A DNA stretch of 64,000 bases from an uncultured bacterium (GCA_963705705.1 CAVPKK010000005.1:1-64000); one strand, 5' to 3'; numbered from the stretch's first letter, positions 1 to 9,786 are shown. A program made the numbers and translations. The notes: a model not told the origin generated them from the letters alone.

Positions 1-1112
1 TCAACTTCATCGTCACGATCCACAACATGCGGGCGCGCGGGATGACCTGGATGCGGATCCCGCTCTTTGTCTGGGCGATGCTCACCTACGCGTGGCTGCT
101 GATGCTCGCGCTGCCGACCCTCTCGGCCGGGCTGACGATGATGCTGCTCGACCGGCACGCCGGGACGCACTTCTTCGATCCCGCCCACGGCGGCAGCCCG
201 ATCCTCTACCAGAACGTCTTCTGGTTCTTCGGCCACCCCGAGGTCTACATCATGGTGCTGCCCGCGATGGGGATCATCTCGGAGGTGATCCCCGTGTTCG
301 CGCGCAAGCCGATCTTCGGCTACAAGGCGGTCGCCCTCTCGACCGTGGGGATCGCCCTGCTCGCCTTCCTCGTCTGGGGCCACCACATGTTCGCGGTCGG
401 GCTGCCGACCCGGCTCGACTCGTTCTTCATGGTCACCTCGATGGTGATCGCGGTCCCGACCGGGGTGAAGATCTTCAACTGGCTCGCGACCCTCTACCGC
501 GGCAACATCTCGTTCGACACGCCGATGCTGTGGGCGCTCGGGTTCATCGGCCTGTTCACGATCGGCGGCCTCTCGGGGATCTTCCTGGCCGCCTTCCCGG
601 TCGACTGGCAGCTGACCCAGACCTACTACGTCGTCGCGCACATCCACTACGTCCTCTTCGGCGGCTCGATGTTCGGGATCTTCGCCGGCCTCTACTACTG
701 GTGGCCGAAGATGTTCGGCCGGCTGCTCGACGAGCGGCTCGGGAAGCTCCACTTCTGGCTCGTGTTCGTGGGCTTCAACCTGACCTTCATGCCCCAGCAC
801 ATGCTCGGGTTGCTCGGGATGCCGCGCAGGGTCTACACGTACTCTACGGGCGGGCTCTGGGAGGTCTACAACATGATCTCGACGATCGGCGCGTTCACAA
901 TGGCAGTAGGGATGCTCGTGTTCGCGCTCAACGTGGTACGGACCACGCGCGTCGGTCGCCGCGCGGTCAACGACCCCTGGCTCGCCGACACGCTCGAGTG
1001 GTATGCGACCTCGCCGCCGCCGCCGTGGAACTTCGAGCGGATCCCGTACATCATCAGCGCCCGGCCGCTGCGCGACCTGCGCCGCCGGCTCACCCAGGAG
1101 GGACGGCTCTGA
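1..1112 (+). CDS. ctaD: Cytochrome c oxidase subunit I, 5' truncated by the window edge
   Basis: Heme-copper oxidase motifs WFFGHPEVY, VWGHHMF, VAHIHYV and GMPRR. The frame is open to the left edge (NFIVTIHNMRA). Confidence 0.97.
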   Translation, partial: NFIVTIHNMRARGMTWMRIPLFVWAMLTYAWLLMLALPTLSAGLTMMLLDRHAGTHFFDPAHGGSPILYQNVFWFFGHPEVYIMVLPAMGIISEVIPVFARKPIFGYKAVALSTVGIALLAFLVWGHHMFAVGLPTRLDSFFMVTSMVIAVPTGVKIFNWLATLYRGNISFDTPMLWALGFIGLFTIGGLSGIFLAAFPVDWQLTQTYYVVAHIHYVLFGGSMFGIFAGLYYWWPKMFGRLLDERLGKLHFWLVFVGFNLTFMPQHMLGLLGMPRRVYTYSTGGLWEVYNMISTIGAFTMAVGMLVFALNVVRTTRVGRRAVNDPWLADTLEWYATSPPPPWNFERIPYIISARPLRDLRRRLTQEGRL

Positions 1113-2308
1113 CTCCGGACGAGCTCACCGCCGGTCCCTGGGCCCGCTTCCTCGCCGCCGCGGCCGTCGCCGGCACGGGGCTCGCGGTCGTCTCGGGCGC
1201 GGCCGGCTGGCACACCGCGCACCGGCTGCTCGCGGCGCTCGCGCTGCCGCCGCTCGTCGGGCTGCTCCTCGTCGCCTGGCTCGCCGGCCCGGCGGCTGCT
1301 GCCCGCGGCGATCGCGGCGATCGTGCTGTTCGGGCTCGCGGCGCTCCTGACCGAGCCGACCGTTCACCTCGGCTCGCGACGCGCTCGCGTTCGCGGCGAC
1401 CACGGTGCTCGTCGGGCCAGGCCTTCCGCGGCGCAGCCGTGGCTGACCGGCGGCGCGCGCGACTACGTCACCTGACCAAGCCGCGCGTGATGAGCTGCTC
1501 CTCCTCACCGGCGGCGCAGCGGTGTTCGTCGGCGCCGGCGGGCGTGCCCGGCCTGGGGGATGTTCGCCGCCACGATGGCCGGCCTGGCGCTCGCCTGCGG
1601 CGGCGCCGGGACGCTCAACCACTACCTCGACCGCGACATCGACAAGCTGATGGGCAAGCGGACGCCGGCGCGGCCGGTCGCCTCGGGCCGGATCGCCCCG
1701 GAGCGGGCGCTCGAGTACGGGGTCGCCCTCTCGGCGCTGTCGTTCGTGCTCCTCGACTCGCTCGTCAACCTGCCGACCGCGCTGCTCGCGCTGGGCGGCA
1801 ACCTCTTCTACGTGTTCGTCTACACGCGCTGGCTCAAGCGCTCGACGCCGCAGAACATCGTCATCGGCGGCGCCGCCGGAGCCGTGCCGCCGCTCGTCGG
1901 CTACGCGAGCGCGACCGGCCACCTCGGCTGGGCGGCGCTCGTGATGTTCGGGATCGTCTTCCTCTGGACGCCGCCCCACTTCTGGGCGCTCGCGCTGATG
2001 ATCCGCGAGCACTACGCGAACGCGGCGCGTGCCGATGCTGCCGGTCGTCCGCGGCGAGCGCGAGACGGCCCGCCAGATCGCGCTGTACTCGGTCGCGCTC
2101 GTCGCCGCGACGCTCGTGCCGGTCGCCTTCGGCGTCTTCGGCCTCGTCTACGGCGCCGCGGCGCTCGCGCTCGGGGCTGCTGTTCGCCTGGATGGCGTTC
2201 CAGCTGTGGCGCGACACGAGCCGCGCGCACGCCGTCAAGCTGTTCCACTACTCGATGCTGTACCTGGCGCTGCTCTTCGTCGCGATGGCGCTCGACGTCG
2301 CGGTCTGA
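1109..2308 (+). CDS. ctaB: Protoheme IX farnesyltransferase (heme o synthase) with an N-terminal membrane extension; broken by several frameshifts that are probably sequencing errors
   Basis: Motifs LTKPRV, NHYLDRDIDKLM, YTRWLKR, NIVIGGAAGA, WTPPHFWAL, PMLPVVRG and LFHYSMLYL are spread over three frames. AGGAGG precedes a CTG that overlaps the ctaD stop. Confidence 0.88.
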   Translation: MTPDELTAGPWARFLAAAAVAGTGLAVVSGAAGWHTAHRLLAALALPPLVGLLLVAWLAGPAAAARGDRGDRAVRARGAPDRADRSPRLATRSRSRRPRCSSGQAFRGAAVADRRRARLRHLTKPRVMSCSSSPAAQRCSSAPAGVPGLGDVRRHDGRPGARLRRRRDAQPLPRPRHRQADGQADAGAAGRLGPDRPGAGARVRGRPLGAVVRAPRLARQPADRAARAGRQPLLRVRLHALAQALDAAEHRHRRRRRSRAAARRLRERDRPPRLGGARDVRDRLPLDAAPLLGARADDPRALRERGACRCCRSSAASARRPARSRCTRSRSSPRRSCRSPSASSASSTAPRRSRSGLLFAWMAFQLWRDTSRAHAVKLFHYSMLYLALLFVAMALDVAV

Positions 2309-2500
2309 TGAGCGAGCCGATCGCCCCGGCGCACTCGCCCCCGGAGGGCTCCTCCCCGCCCGACCTGATGCAGAACGCGGTGGCCCGAGCCCCGAGCTCG
2401 CGCGCGCAACATGCGCCTCTCGGTGATCCTGTGCGTGATCTTCCTGGTGCTGTTCGGCGGCACCTTCGGGATCGGCCTCGCCTATCTCTGGCTGACCTGA
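2308..2500 (+). CDS. Small single-TM membrane protein (one apparent frameshift near 2400)
   Basis: ATG overlaps the ctaB stop (TGATG). The 3' part reads NMRLSVILCVIFLVLFGGTFGIGLAYLWLT*. Confidence 0.5.
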
Positions 2501-2579
2501 GCGGCGAGGCGCGGTTCACCCACCCGTGCGGCTCGCCGCGGACGACCTCGTGCGGGGGCGGTTTCGGCGAAGCTGCCGG

Positions 2580-2646
2580 GTGGAGGGGATCTTCATCACC
2601 GAGCTCGAGCCGGGCCGGGGATCAGGCTCGCCGTCAAGGACCTGTT
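2580..2646 (+). pseudogene. N-terminal fragment of a probable amidase-signature protein, cut at the composition junction
   Basis: Reads VEGIFITELEPG then, after a 1-nt shift, IRLAVKDL(F), which matches the amidase 'LAVKDLF' motif. The GC-rich sequence stops immediately after. Confidence 0.45.
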
Positions 2647-2650
2647 TTAT
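2641..2650. other. Abrupt high-GC to low-GC junction (probable chimeric join)
   Basis: Counted G+C is 40/60 at 2581-2640 and 21/60 at 2701-2760. Genes on both sides are truncated. No att site, inverted repeat or transposase is visible. Confidence 0.9.
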
Positions 2651-3825
2651 ATTCGGCGGTCAGCACAACGTACGATTGTCGCGCTCTATTCGGGATTTTG
2701 ATGATATTTTATGGCAATTGAGGTATTTAGGGCAACAAGATCTAAAGGATGCCAAAGATGATGAAAAAAAGGATGATAAGAAGTTAAATGACGAACAGCC
2801 AACTGCGATTAATAATGATCAAGGCTCGATGAGTGTGCCGATTAATGGTCAGCTCAAACAAGAATTGCAGCAAAAACTAAAAAGTATAAAACAGCAGTTA
2901 TTGCCATTATTTATAAGATGGCAACCATATGGCGTTCTATCAAAATTGGCCCTGCTCTTCAAAACAGGAATAATAGGACATGCTGACACTGAGAAACATT
3001 GGTTCCTAAAAAATCCTATTAATCTACTTATAGCACCTGAGTTGTGTGACATTGAACTGATCGCATCTGATGATAAAAGTTGCTTTATGCAAAGCGAAAA
3101 ATGTTATCAGGGCTCTATCACAACACATGCACAACACCTAGCAAATATGGTTAAACGTCATTCTTTTCTAAGGAAAATGGATGGTCTGCCATACGGAGCG
3201 TATGAGCCATTAACGCGAACGCCTATTGAACCATTTGAACGCGATCTTCAACTATATTGGGCGGTAGAGATTTGTCATTTAGACAAACAAATTGACCGAG
3301 AAACAAATCTTGATGCCAAAAATAAGCTTCATACATAAAATGGAACAGATGCTTTTGCAGCTTGATCAATTAACTAATGGTGAATTTGCAATACGTGAGA
3401 TTCTTGATCCATCTACTGCATGGAACGCAGAGCGGATAGGGGGACGCACTGCTCCATTGAGTGAATTATTTAAATGTCTTGAATCAATAGTGTATTCAGA
3501 TAATTTGTTTTATGAATTTAATGGTCCAGCCGCTTTTTGCGACAAAATAGCATGGTTATCAAATGATCCGGAAGTCCAAGAAAAATATTTAAAAAAAGCG
3601 GTATTTTTCTGGGATAAGAGCCTGGAAAACATTAGCAGTAACGCCAAGCTCAATCGTTTGAATCTTATCCGAGATGCCATGCTCACTTATTATCGTGCGT
3701 CACAAAATATTACAGATCCACGCGAAAGTGCACGATGCTATCGAACCGCGGTTATCCTTAAATGGTTTGCTGCTCTTGACCGGCTGCTTCATCCCAAAAT
3801 ATACGGGTGTTGCTCTCAAAGATAA
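2647..3825 (+). CDS. 5'-truncated paralog of the F-box-like secreted family; frameshift near 3330; ends GCCSQR
   Basis: Colinear with ORF 4286-5725 (VRLS.SIRDF, WQPYG, NPINLLIAPEL, GEFAIRE, LNRLNLIRD). ORFs 2526-3338 and 3292-3825 are two frames of one gene. Confidence 0.8.
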
Positions 3826-3887
3826 TTGATTCTTCTTTAAGCAGGGATTAACCCTGATATCATCATTGATTCATTTAAAGGAAAAAA

Positions 3888-5725
3888 ATGGAATTTAAAA
3901 ACTTATCTAGTTTAACTTTATTATTTTTTTTACTCATCCCTTGCTCGATGTTGGCCAGCATTGATAACCCTTCACAGCCACTGATTCGGCGGGGAAATCG
4001 CGTAAGCCCCATGCCTGCGCCAGCTGCCTATTCAATGGACCCGATAAAAAATCAAATCTTTAGCATTAAAGAGATGCGCCGTACTATATTGGAACATCTT
4101 ACTTACAAAGAGTTTGGGACTCTAAACGGTGTCTCAAGCTCCTGGAATTCAATAATGAAAGAGGGTTTATCTGATAAAAAGAATCCTCTTATCCTACCAA
4201 CGGATCGCAAGCTTGTGGCGATATTCACCGATGCTTCAATCGCATTCCTAAACCCGGAGAGAATTCTTCAGGGCCTGGCCTGAGTTTGACAGATGGATTA
4301 AATACGGAACAACCTGCCGATTCGGCAGATATTGAGGCCCGGTTAGCGGTCGTCAATAACCTTATCAAATTGTGTAATCGTTCGTATTATCCCGGCGCTA
4401 CACTTATGAATGCTTTTCGCCAGTATGATAGATTGGTGGCTGATGATGAGAAACTGCTTATATTCAGTCCAGATCGTGGAGTAAGATTGTCAAACTCTAT
4501 TCGGGATTTTTCTGATATTTTACGGCAGATGCGACGCATAGAGCGCAAAGAAATGCAAGATACGAGAGATGATGAAAAAAAGGATGACCAGAAATTAGAT
4601 GACGATCACCCAGCTGCGCTTGATGCTGATCCGGAAAATTCGATTCAAGATGAAACTGAACCATCTAGAAATGAATTAGACTCACGCGACATTCCAGATC
4701 TTATCGCTCGAGCATATCTGCGTGCAACAGGTGCGACAATTGAGGAACAGTCCAAACAAGAATTGCAGCAAAAGCTTAAAAGTATAAAACAAGAGCTTTT
4801 GCCATTATTCATAAGATGGCAACCATACGGTGTATTATTAAAATTGGCCCAGCTCTATAAATTAGATATAACGGGTTACACTGATACCGAATTAAGATGG
4901 CCTACAGGAAATCCCATTAACCTGCTTATAGCACCTGAGCTGAGTGACATTGAAATGATTGCATCCGACGATAAAAGTTGTTTTATGCAAAGCGAAAAAA
5001 ATTATCAACGAGTTCTCACAACACAGACGCAACACATAGCCGATATGATTAAACGTCATAATTTTCTAAGAAAAAGAAATGGTCTAGTATACGGAGCATA
5101 CGAGCCATTAACGCGATCGCCCGTTGAACAATTTGAACGCGATCTTCGATTATTTTTGGCATTTCAGATTTTTCACTTGGCTAATGAAGTCGATAAGGAG
5201 GAAAATCCGGACACCAAAAATAGGCTAGTCCATGAATTAATACAAACGCTATTACAGCTTGATCAAGCAACAGATGGTGAATTTGCAATACGCGAGGTTC
5301 TTGATCCAGCTACTGCATGGAGTGTAGAGCGACTAGGTACCCTTCGTGCCGCCCCAGTGAATGAATTATTTAAATGTCTCGAATCATTAATGTTTGCGAA
5401 TACACTCTTTTATCGCTTTGATGTTCCAGCGGCATTTTGCGACAGAATAGCTTGGTTATCAAATGATCCGGTAATTCAAGAAAAGTTTTTAAAAAAATCG
5501 GTATTTTTTTGGGATAAGTGCCTGAAAAACATTACCGATAACGGCATGCTCAATCGCTTGAACCTTATACGAGATGGCATGCTCACCTATTATCGCGCAT
5601 CACAAAGCATTACAGATCCGAGTGAAAGAGCACGATGCTATCGCACAGCAGTTAAGCTCAAATGGCTTGCTGCTATTGGCCGGCTGCTCAGTCCCAATAT
5701 ATTTGGATGTTGCTCGCGACAATAA
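3888..5725 (+). CDS. Secreted protein with an N-terminal F-box-like motif; frameshift near 4240-4285; ends GCCSRQ
   Basis: Signal peptide MEFKNLSSLTLLFFLLIPCSMLA. F-box-like segment IFSIKEMRRTILEHLTYKEFGTLNGVSSSWNSIM. The intact paralog 8155-9786 aligns across both ORFs (PL.LP...KL, RL..V..LI.LC.RSYYPG). Confidence 0.75.
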
Positions 5726-5726
5726 T

Positions 5727-6332
5727 TTATTCCTCTTCTTTTTTTCCTTCAGCGGGAGGATAAATTTCATGGACAAGACTCATTACTTGATCAACGGAAC
5801 CACGCCTTTGCCAATCCTTGGACTGCATTCTCATCATTAATGATTGCAGATCCTTATCATCCTCAGCATAATCCCAAGCATTCTTGGGATTCGGTTTGGA
5901 GTGATCACGAATGCCAAAGGGCCAAGCATTTTTGGCTAAAAGATCAGTAATAATTCCCAATAAGGATTTTTTTTCATCCTGTTGAGAAATTTGGCTATAA
6001 CGAATAACAGCAAGCATCAATGCCGTTTTTCCATCTGCATCTTGTACATTAATATTAAGATCCTTTGTCGCAAGAAATCCCCACAATGGCTTGCCTGCCG
6101 CAGCTGCTGCAAGAAAATTTTTCTCAATCGCCAATAGTGCTTCTTTTTGAGCCAAGGCATTGTTTTGCTGTTCCGATCGCGCCATATCTGCCGCAACTGA
6201 TGTCGCAGGCCTTGAATTTTTTTGATCTGAACTGCTTCGGTCGCAAGTTGTGGCAGCGTCTGATGTAGCGCTAATAATACTCACACTGAGCAGCGCAAAT
6301 AGCACAAGGTTAAATTTAATTATTTTTTTCAT
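5727..6332 (-). CDS. Secreted ankyrin-repeat protein
   Basis: Signal peptide; ankyrin motif INVQDADGKTALMLA; paralog of 6329-6889. Confidence 0.8.
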   Translation of the reverse strand: MKKIIKFNLVLFALLSVSIISATSDAATTCDRSSSDQKNSRPATSVAADMARSEQQNNALAQKEALLAIEKNFLAAAAAGKPLWGFLATKDLNINVQDADGKTALMLAVIRYSQISQQDEKKSLLGIITDLLAKNAWPFGIRDHSKPNPKNAWDYAEDDKDLQSLMMRMQSKDWQRRGSVDQVMSLVHEIYPPAEGKKEEE

Positions 6333-6889
6333 TGTTTTTTATCATTTTCATCGGGGCTTAAATGTATTATGGGCGCTTGGGGTACCAGTGAGCTTCTGCG
6401 CGCCTGATTATCCGTCGGCTGCATTTCCTGCATTAATCTGCGAATTTCGGGGCGTCCGGTGGCATGGTCGTGCGCATTCATACCATCGCTATCCCGTATG
6501 CTAAATGCTTTTGCATTACGTGTTAAAAGGGTTTTAACGATGCTAGTCCGGCCCAACTGAGCAAGATACATGAGCGCCGTTTTTCCGTTAGAATCCTTAG
6601 CATCAAAATTAAAATGCTCATTCTTTAGAAATGTTGTGAGATCATCGCCCTTCTTCGCTGCATCTAAAAATTCTGCCTCTTCTTTTTCACGTTGTTCTTT
6701 TCTTTTTACCAACATTTTCCTTAACTCTGCAGTATTAATGCCAAAGTCAGGGTTGTCTGAAATAATCGATAGGGTGCGCCCCGAATGCGAACGAGCCCGC
6801 GAAAGCACTTTTTCTTTAGCGCTTTCTGTAGTTGCCAATGCGGTGGTACACAAAATAAGTAATGTCAGAAACAGATAATACATGATCAT
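6329..6889 (-). CDS. Secreted ankyrin-repeat protein
   Basis: Signal peptide; ankyrin motif FDAKDSNGKTALMYLAQLGRTSIVKTLL; stop overlaps the next start (ATGA). Confidence 0.82.
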   Translation of the reverse strand: MIMYYLFLTLLILCTTALATTESAKEKVLSRARSHSGRTLSIISDNPDFGINTAELRKMLVKRKEQREKEEAEFLDAAKKGDDLTTFLKNEHFNFDAKDSNGKTALMYLAQLGRTSIVKTLLTRNAKAFSIRDSDGMNAHDHATGRPEIRRLMQEMQPTDNQARRSSLVPQAPIIHLSPDENDKKQ

Positions 6890-6966
6890 CCTCGGTTAAC
6901 GTATTATGATCAAAATTCTATCGCATACTGAGATTAATGTTAAACACGGATGTTGGTCTAGCTTTT

Positions 6967-7554
6967 TTATGCCCGCGCGAAGACAATCAATTGAGAGAAA
7001 TCGCCTTTATCGGCCAATCGCAATCCATTTATATACTGCATCCGTACTTCCGAAGGCTTGGTCAATCCTTTATTTTCTTTGTTTATACCCCAAGTAAATG
7101 CAGGATGTCCGATTTGCTGAATTAGGAGATCGGCCATCAAACGCGCATGTCGGCCATTACCATTAGGAAATGGATGTATCCAAACTAATCGATGATGCAT
7201 TCGTACAGCTATCTCGTCATCTGAAAATGAATGGTGATCCATTTGGGCTGTAACATCATGGCAAAGTTTTCGAATCTCCATTGGTATATGATGCCAAGCA
7301 ATACCAATATTTTTTTCTGAACGACGGAATTTGCCAGCCCATTTCCAAGTATGATAAAACATATGCAAATGCAGTTTTTTAATAAAATCGAGTGTAAGAA
7401 TATTATTATGATTCAAAGCCCATTCGGCAGCCTCAGCAATATTCCGTTGCTCCCAATCATCAAGCTCATTTTGCAAAGTGATATGTGTTGGTATGAGATC
7501 TTGAAGTTCATCAGGCTCAAGCGGTGTCGCACCTTCGGGATAAACAAATTTCAT
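6967..7554 (-). CDS. Mobile mystery protein B (Fic-domain protein)
   Basis: Fic motif HPFPNGNGRHARL; N-terminus YPEGATPLEPDE; W.WAG.FR..E.NIG; translationally coupled to the upstream HTH gene. Confidence 0.9.
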   Translation of the reverse strand: MKFVYPEGATPLEPDELQDLIPTHITLQNELDDWEQRNIAEAAEWALNHNNILTLDFIKKLHLHMFYHTWKWAGKFRRSEKNIGIAWHHIPMEIRKLCHDVTAQMDHHSFSDDEIAVRMHHRLVWIHPFPNGNGRHARLMADLLIQQIGHPAFTWGINKENKGLTKPSEVRMQYINGLRLADKGDFSQLIVFARA

Positions 7555-8018
7555 TTTTTCTCCCAAAGCTTGCTTGGCTTACCTTGTAACAGCTCTTGCG
7601 CTAGATCTTCCTCATGTTGTTTTTGCTGTTTTGCCGTAACTGCTTGCTGTTCTAGGGCCATTGAGTGACTTACACCTTGCAGTTTTTCTCGCGCAATTTT
7701 CAAAGCTTGCTCTTCCAACTGAACCTCAAGCGGCTTTTCAGGAATAAAGTAATAAACCAAGCGACAGTTCATCGCCTCTGATGCTTTTCTTAATGTTTCA
7801 AGGGTTATATTCCCTTCCTGTTCACTTTTTTCGAAGGCGATCACCGCAGGCTGCGAAACACCCATGCGGTTGGCCAACTGATAAGATGTCATGCCTAAAG
7901 CCTGTCTCATAACCTTTATCCAGCCACTTCGGGGGATTGGTTTAGTGGAGACTTTTCTTAACTCATTAAGACTTGCTTGGATTTGCTGGCGGGCAGTTTT
8001 ACGAAAAGTTCGCTTCAT
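7551..8018 (-). CDS. Mobile mystery protein A (XRE/Cro-type HTH)
   Basis: P..GWI...R.ALGMT..QLA.RMGVSQ, EKSEQEGNITLETL and HSMALE.Q; paired with the Fic gene. Confidence 0.88.
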   Translation of the reverse strand: MKRTFRKTARQQIQASLNELRKVSTKPIPRSGWIKVMRQALGMTSYQLANRMGVSQPAVIAFEKSEQEGNITLETLRKASEAMNCRLVYYFIPEKPLEVQLEEQALKIAREKLQGVSHSMALEQQAVTAKQQKQHEEDLAQELLQGKPSKLWEKK

Positions 8019-8020
8019 AT

Positions 8021-8073
8021 TAATAACCTATAACTTATTAAATCGCATCCGAATAATAAGCTATAACTTATCA
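8021..8073. promoter_or_regulatory. Two 20-bp palindromic operator-like sites upstream of the HTH-Fic pair
   Basis: TAATAACCTATAACTTATTA (8021-8040) and TAATAAGCTATAACTTATCA (8054-8073) are 18/20 identical. Each is an imperfect inverted repeat. Confidence 0.65.
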
Positions 8074-8154
8074 AAACTGCCCTGTCTTGCAACCAACCAC
8101 TTTCTCTATAAAAAATCGCTGCTAGGATGGGATAATGATTCAAATGGAGCATCT

Positions 8155-9786
8155 ATGACACTTAAAACATTAACCCTCACCGGCCTACTGGCCTTCTGCC
8201 TACCAATGGCGGCATCACAAATAAGTTCATCACTAATGGATATGGCCGAGAGCCATAATGAACCAAAGCCTATAAAGCCCTTTTCCCAAATTCCAGCAGC
8301 AATGCAGATTGCTCAAAGCAATGACATGAGTACAAGCATTTGCGAGTATCTGGGGTACAAGGATTATGCCCGTATCGCCCAGGTGTCAAAGCTATTGCGT
8401 GGCATGATGCACCGTTGCCTGTATTTGCAACCACGGCCGCTGCTGTTGCCAGAAACTCCAAAACTCATTGAATACACGAAAAAGCTGCTCGAAAATGCCA
8501 ACGACGAGGGTCGCCTATCTGCAGTGAAATCACTTATCAGCCTCTGTGAAAGATCCTATTATCCAGGCCAAGATCTATTGAATGCTTTTCTGCAATATAG
8601 AACCGATGTCCCTTTTACCGAACGTATTTGTTCAATTATCAAAACTTCTCGTTTAAACAATTTCCGGCTCGTGAAAAAAGAAGATCTACTAACAGATATT
8701 GCCGATACTCACCGCATGCTTGAAGAGCAAGAATCGGCCCTACAAGAGCACAAAGAAAAACTTGCGGCCGCCAATCGCGGAGAAGACAAAAGGTTAATCG
8801 AACTGCGCGAGCAGTGTGAAGCAACAAAAGAGCGCATAGAGCGACACAAGAGAATCCTAAAGACCTGGCAACCCTATGGACTGCTGCTGCGATTAGCCAT
8901 GCGATATCCGTGCGATCACATCATTGATTTAAAAACGATTTTAGAGACATTTCCGCATAATACGGTAAATATTTTTGCTGCACCGCAAATATGCGATACA
9001 GATCCCATTATCAATGCGGAAAAAAGAGCTTTTATTGCAAGCGGGGCGTGCTTTCTGGATGGTGAGTATTCATTTGCGCAAAGAATAGATGCCCTATTAC
9101 CCAGACTCCGCTATCTAGAAATGAGAAATCAAGCGGCAGATGACTGTGCCATGAAGGCTCCCGGTTCATTGGCTGAACTTAAAAGGTTTAAACAAGAAGC
9201 GATCGAGCGATTGTTATTGCACGCTAGCCAAGCGGTTTGCATGGACCAATATTATCTTAAAATTATTGATGAAATTACTCAGCACGAATATGGAATCGAT
9301 AGAATGCTAAACCACCCCAATGCATGGGATGACTCCAGCTCCAACCCAGATTACGTGATGCAGCATGTGCGCTATTTGAAGGAAATCATAGACTGCGTGA
9401 AAGAAAATTATCAATGGCATGTTAGCTTCAGAGATTGTTGCTTAGAAATAGCTGAAAAATATACAGACCCGCGCATTAAAGAAATTTATTATCTAAAAGC
9501 TGCCGAAAGCATGAATAATGCCCTTCAACGGCCAAACTCATTCCATTCTCGTTGGGCGGAGCCCAACTGGTTGGGGCATATTGAGCCTCAGGCACAGCGA
9601 ATTGACCAAGGTCTTGCGCAGAATTGCTCTGATCCTAAGGAACTGGAAAAATTTCGTTCCCAATTCCGATCCAAATTCCGTTCGATTGAAAGACGCGCGA
9701 GAATTGCTTGGTGGCTTTCTGCTGCTAGATATTCATTAGATCTTCCGAGTGAGATATATACGTTCCTCAGAGGACTATTAGGTTAA
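8155..9786 (+). CDS. Secreted F-box-like family protein (divergent, intact paralog)
   Basis: GGAG RBS; signal peptide MTLKTLTLTGLLAFCLPMAA; F-box-like SICEYLGYKDYARIAQVSKLLRGMM; shares LC.RSYYPG and WQPYG with 3888-5725. Confidence 0.75.
   Translation: MTLKTLTLTGLLAFCLPMAASQISSSLMDMAESHNEPKPIKPFSQIPAAMQIAQSNDMSTSICEYLGYKDYARIAQVSKLLRGMMHRCLYLQPRPLLLPETPKLIEYTKKLLENANDEGRLSAVKSLISLCERSYYPGQDLLNAFLQYRTDVPFTERICSIIKTSRLNNFRLVKKEDLLTDIADTHRMLEEQESALQEHKEKLAAANRGEDKRLIELREQCEATKERIERHKRILKTWQPYGLLLRLAMRYPCDHIIDLKTILETFPHNTVNIFAAPQICDTDPIINAEKRAFIASGACFLDGEYSFAQRIDALLPRLRYLEMRNQAADDCAMKAPGSLAELKRFKQEAIERLLLHASQAVCMDQYYLKIIDEITQHEYGIDRMLNHPNAWDDSSSNPDYVMQHVRYLKEIIDCVKENYQWHVSFRDCCLEIAEKYTDPRIKEIYYLKAAESMNNALQRPNSFHSRWAEPNWLGHIEPQAQRIDQGLAQNCSDPKELEKFRSQFRSKFRSIERRARIAWWLSAARYSLDLPSEIYTFLRGLLG

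Noticed and set aside
92..2721. Long alternative ORFs in the GC-rich segment (92-2308, 1125-2012, 2029-2721 and others)
   Set aside because: These are shadow frames typical of high-GC DNA, stitched together by indels. The real products are CtaD and CtaB.
2526..3338. Apparent fusion ORF across the GC junction
   Set aside because: The frame is open by coincidence across a probable chimeric join. It is not evidence of a fusion protein.
1290..4290. Frameshifts as programmed recoding or true pseudogenes (also the one at about 20360-20390)
   Set aside because: They cluster at the contig end and show no consistent slippery site. Consensus errors are the simpler explanation; read-level polishing is needed.
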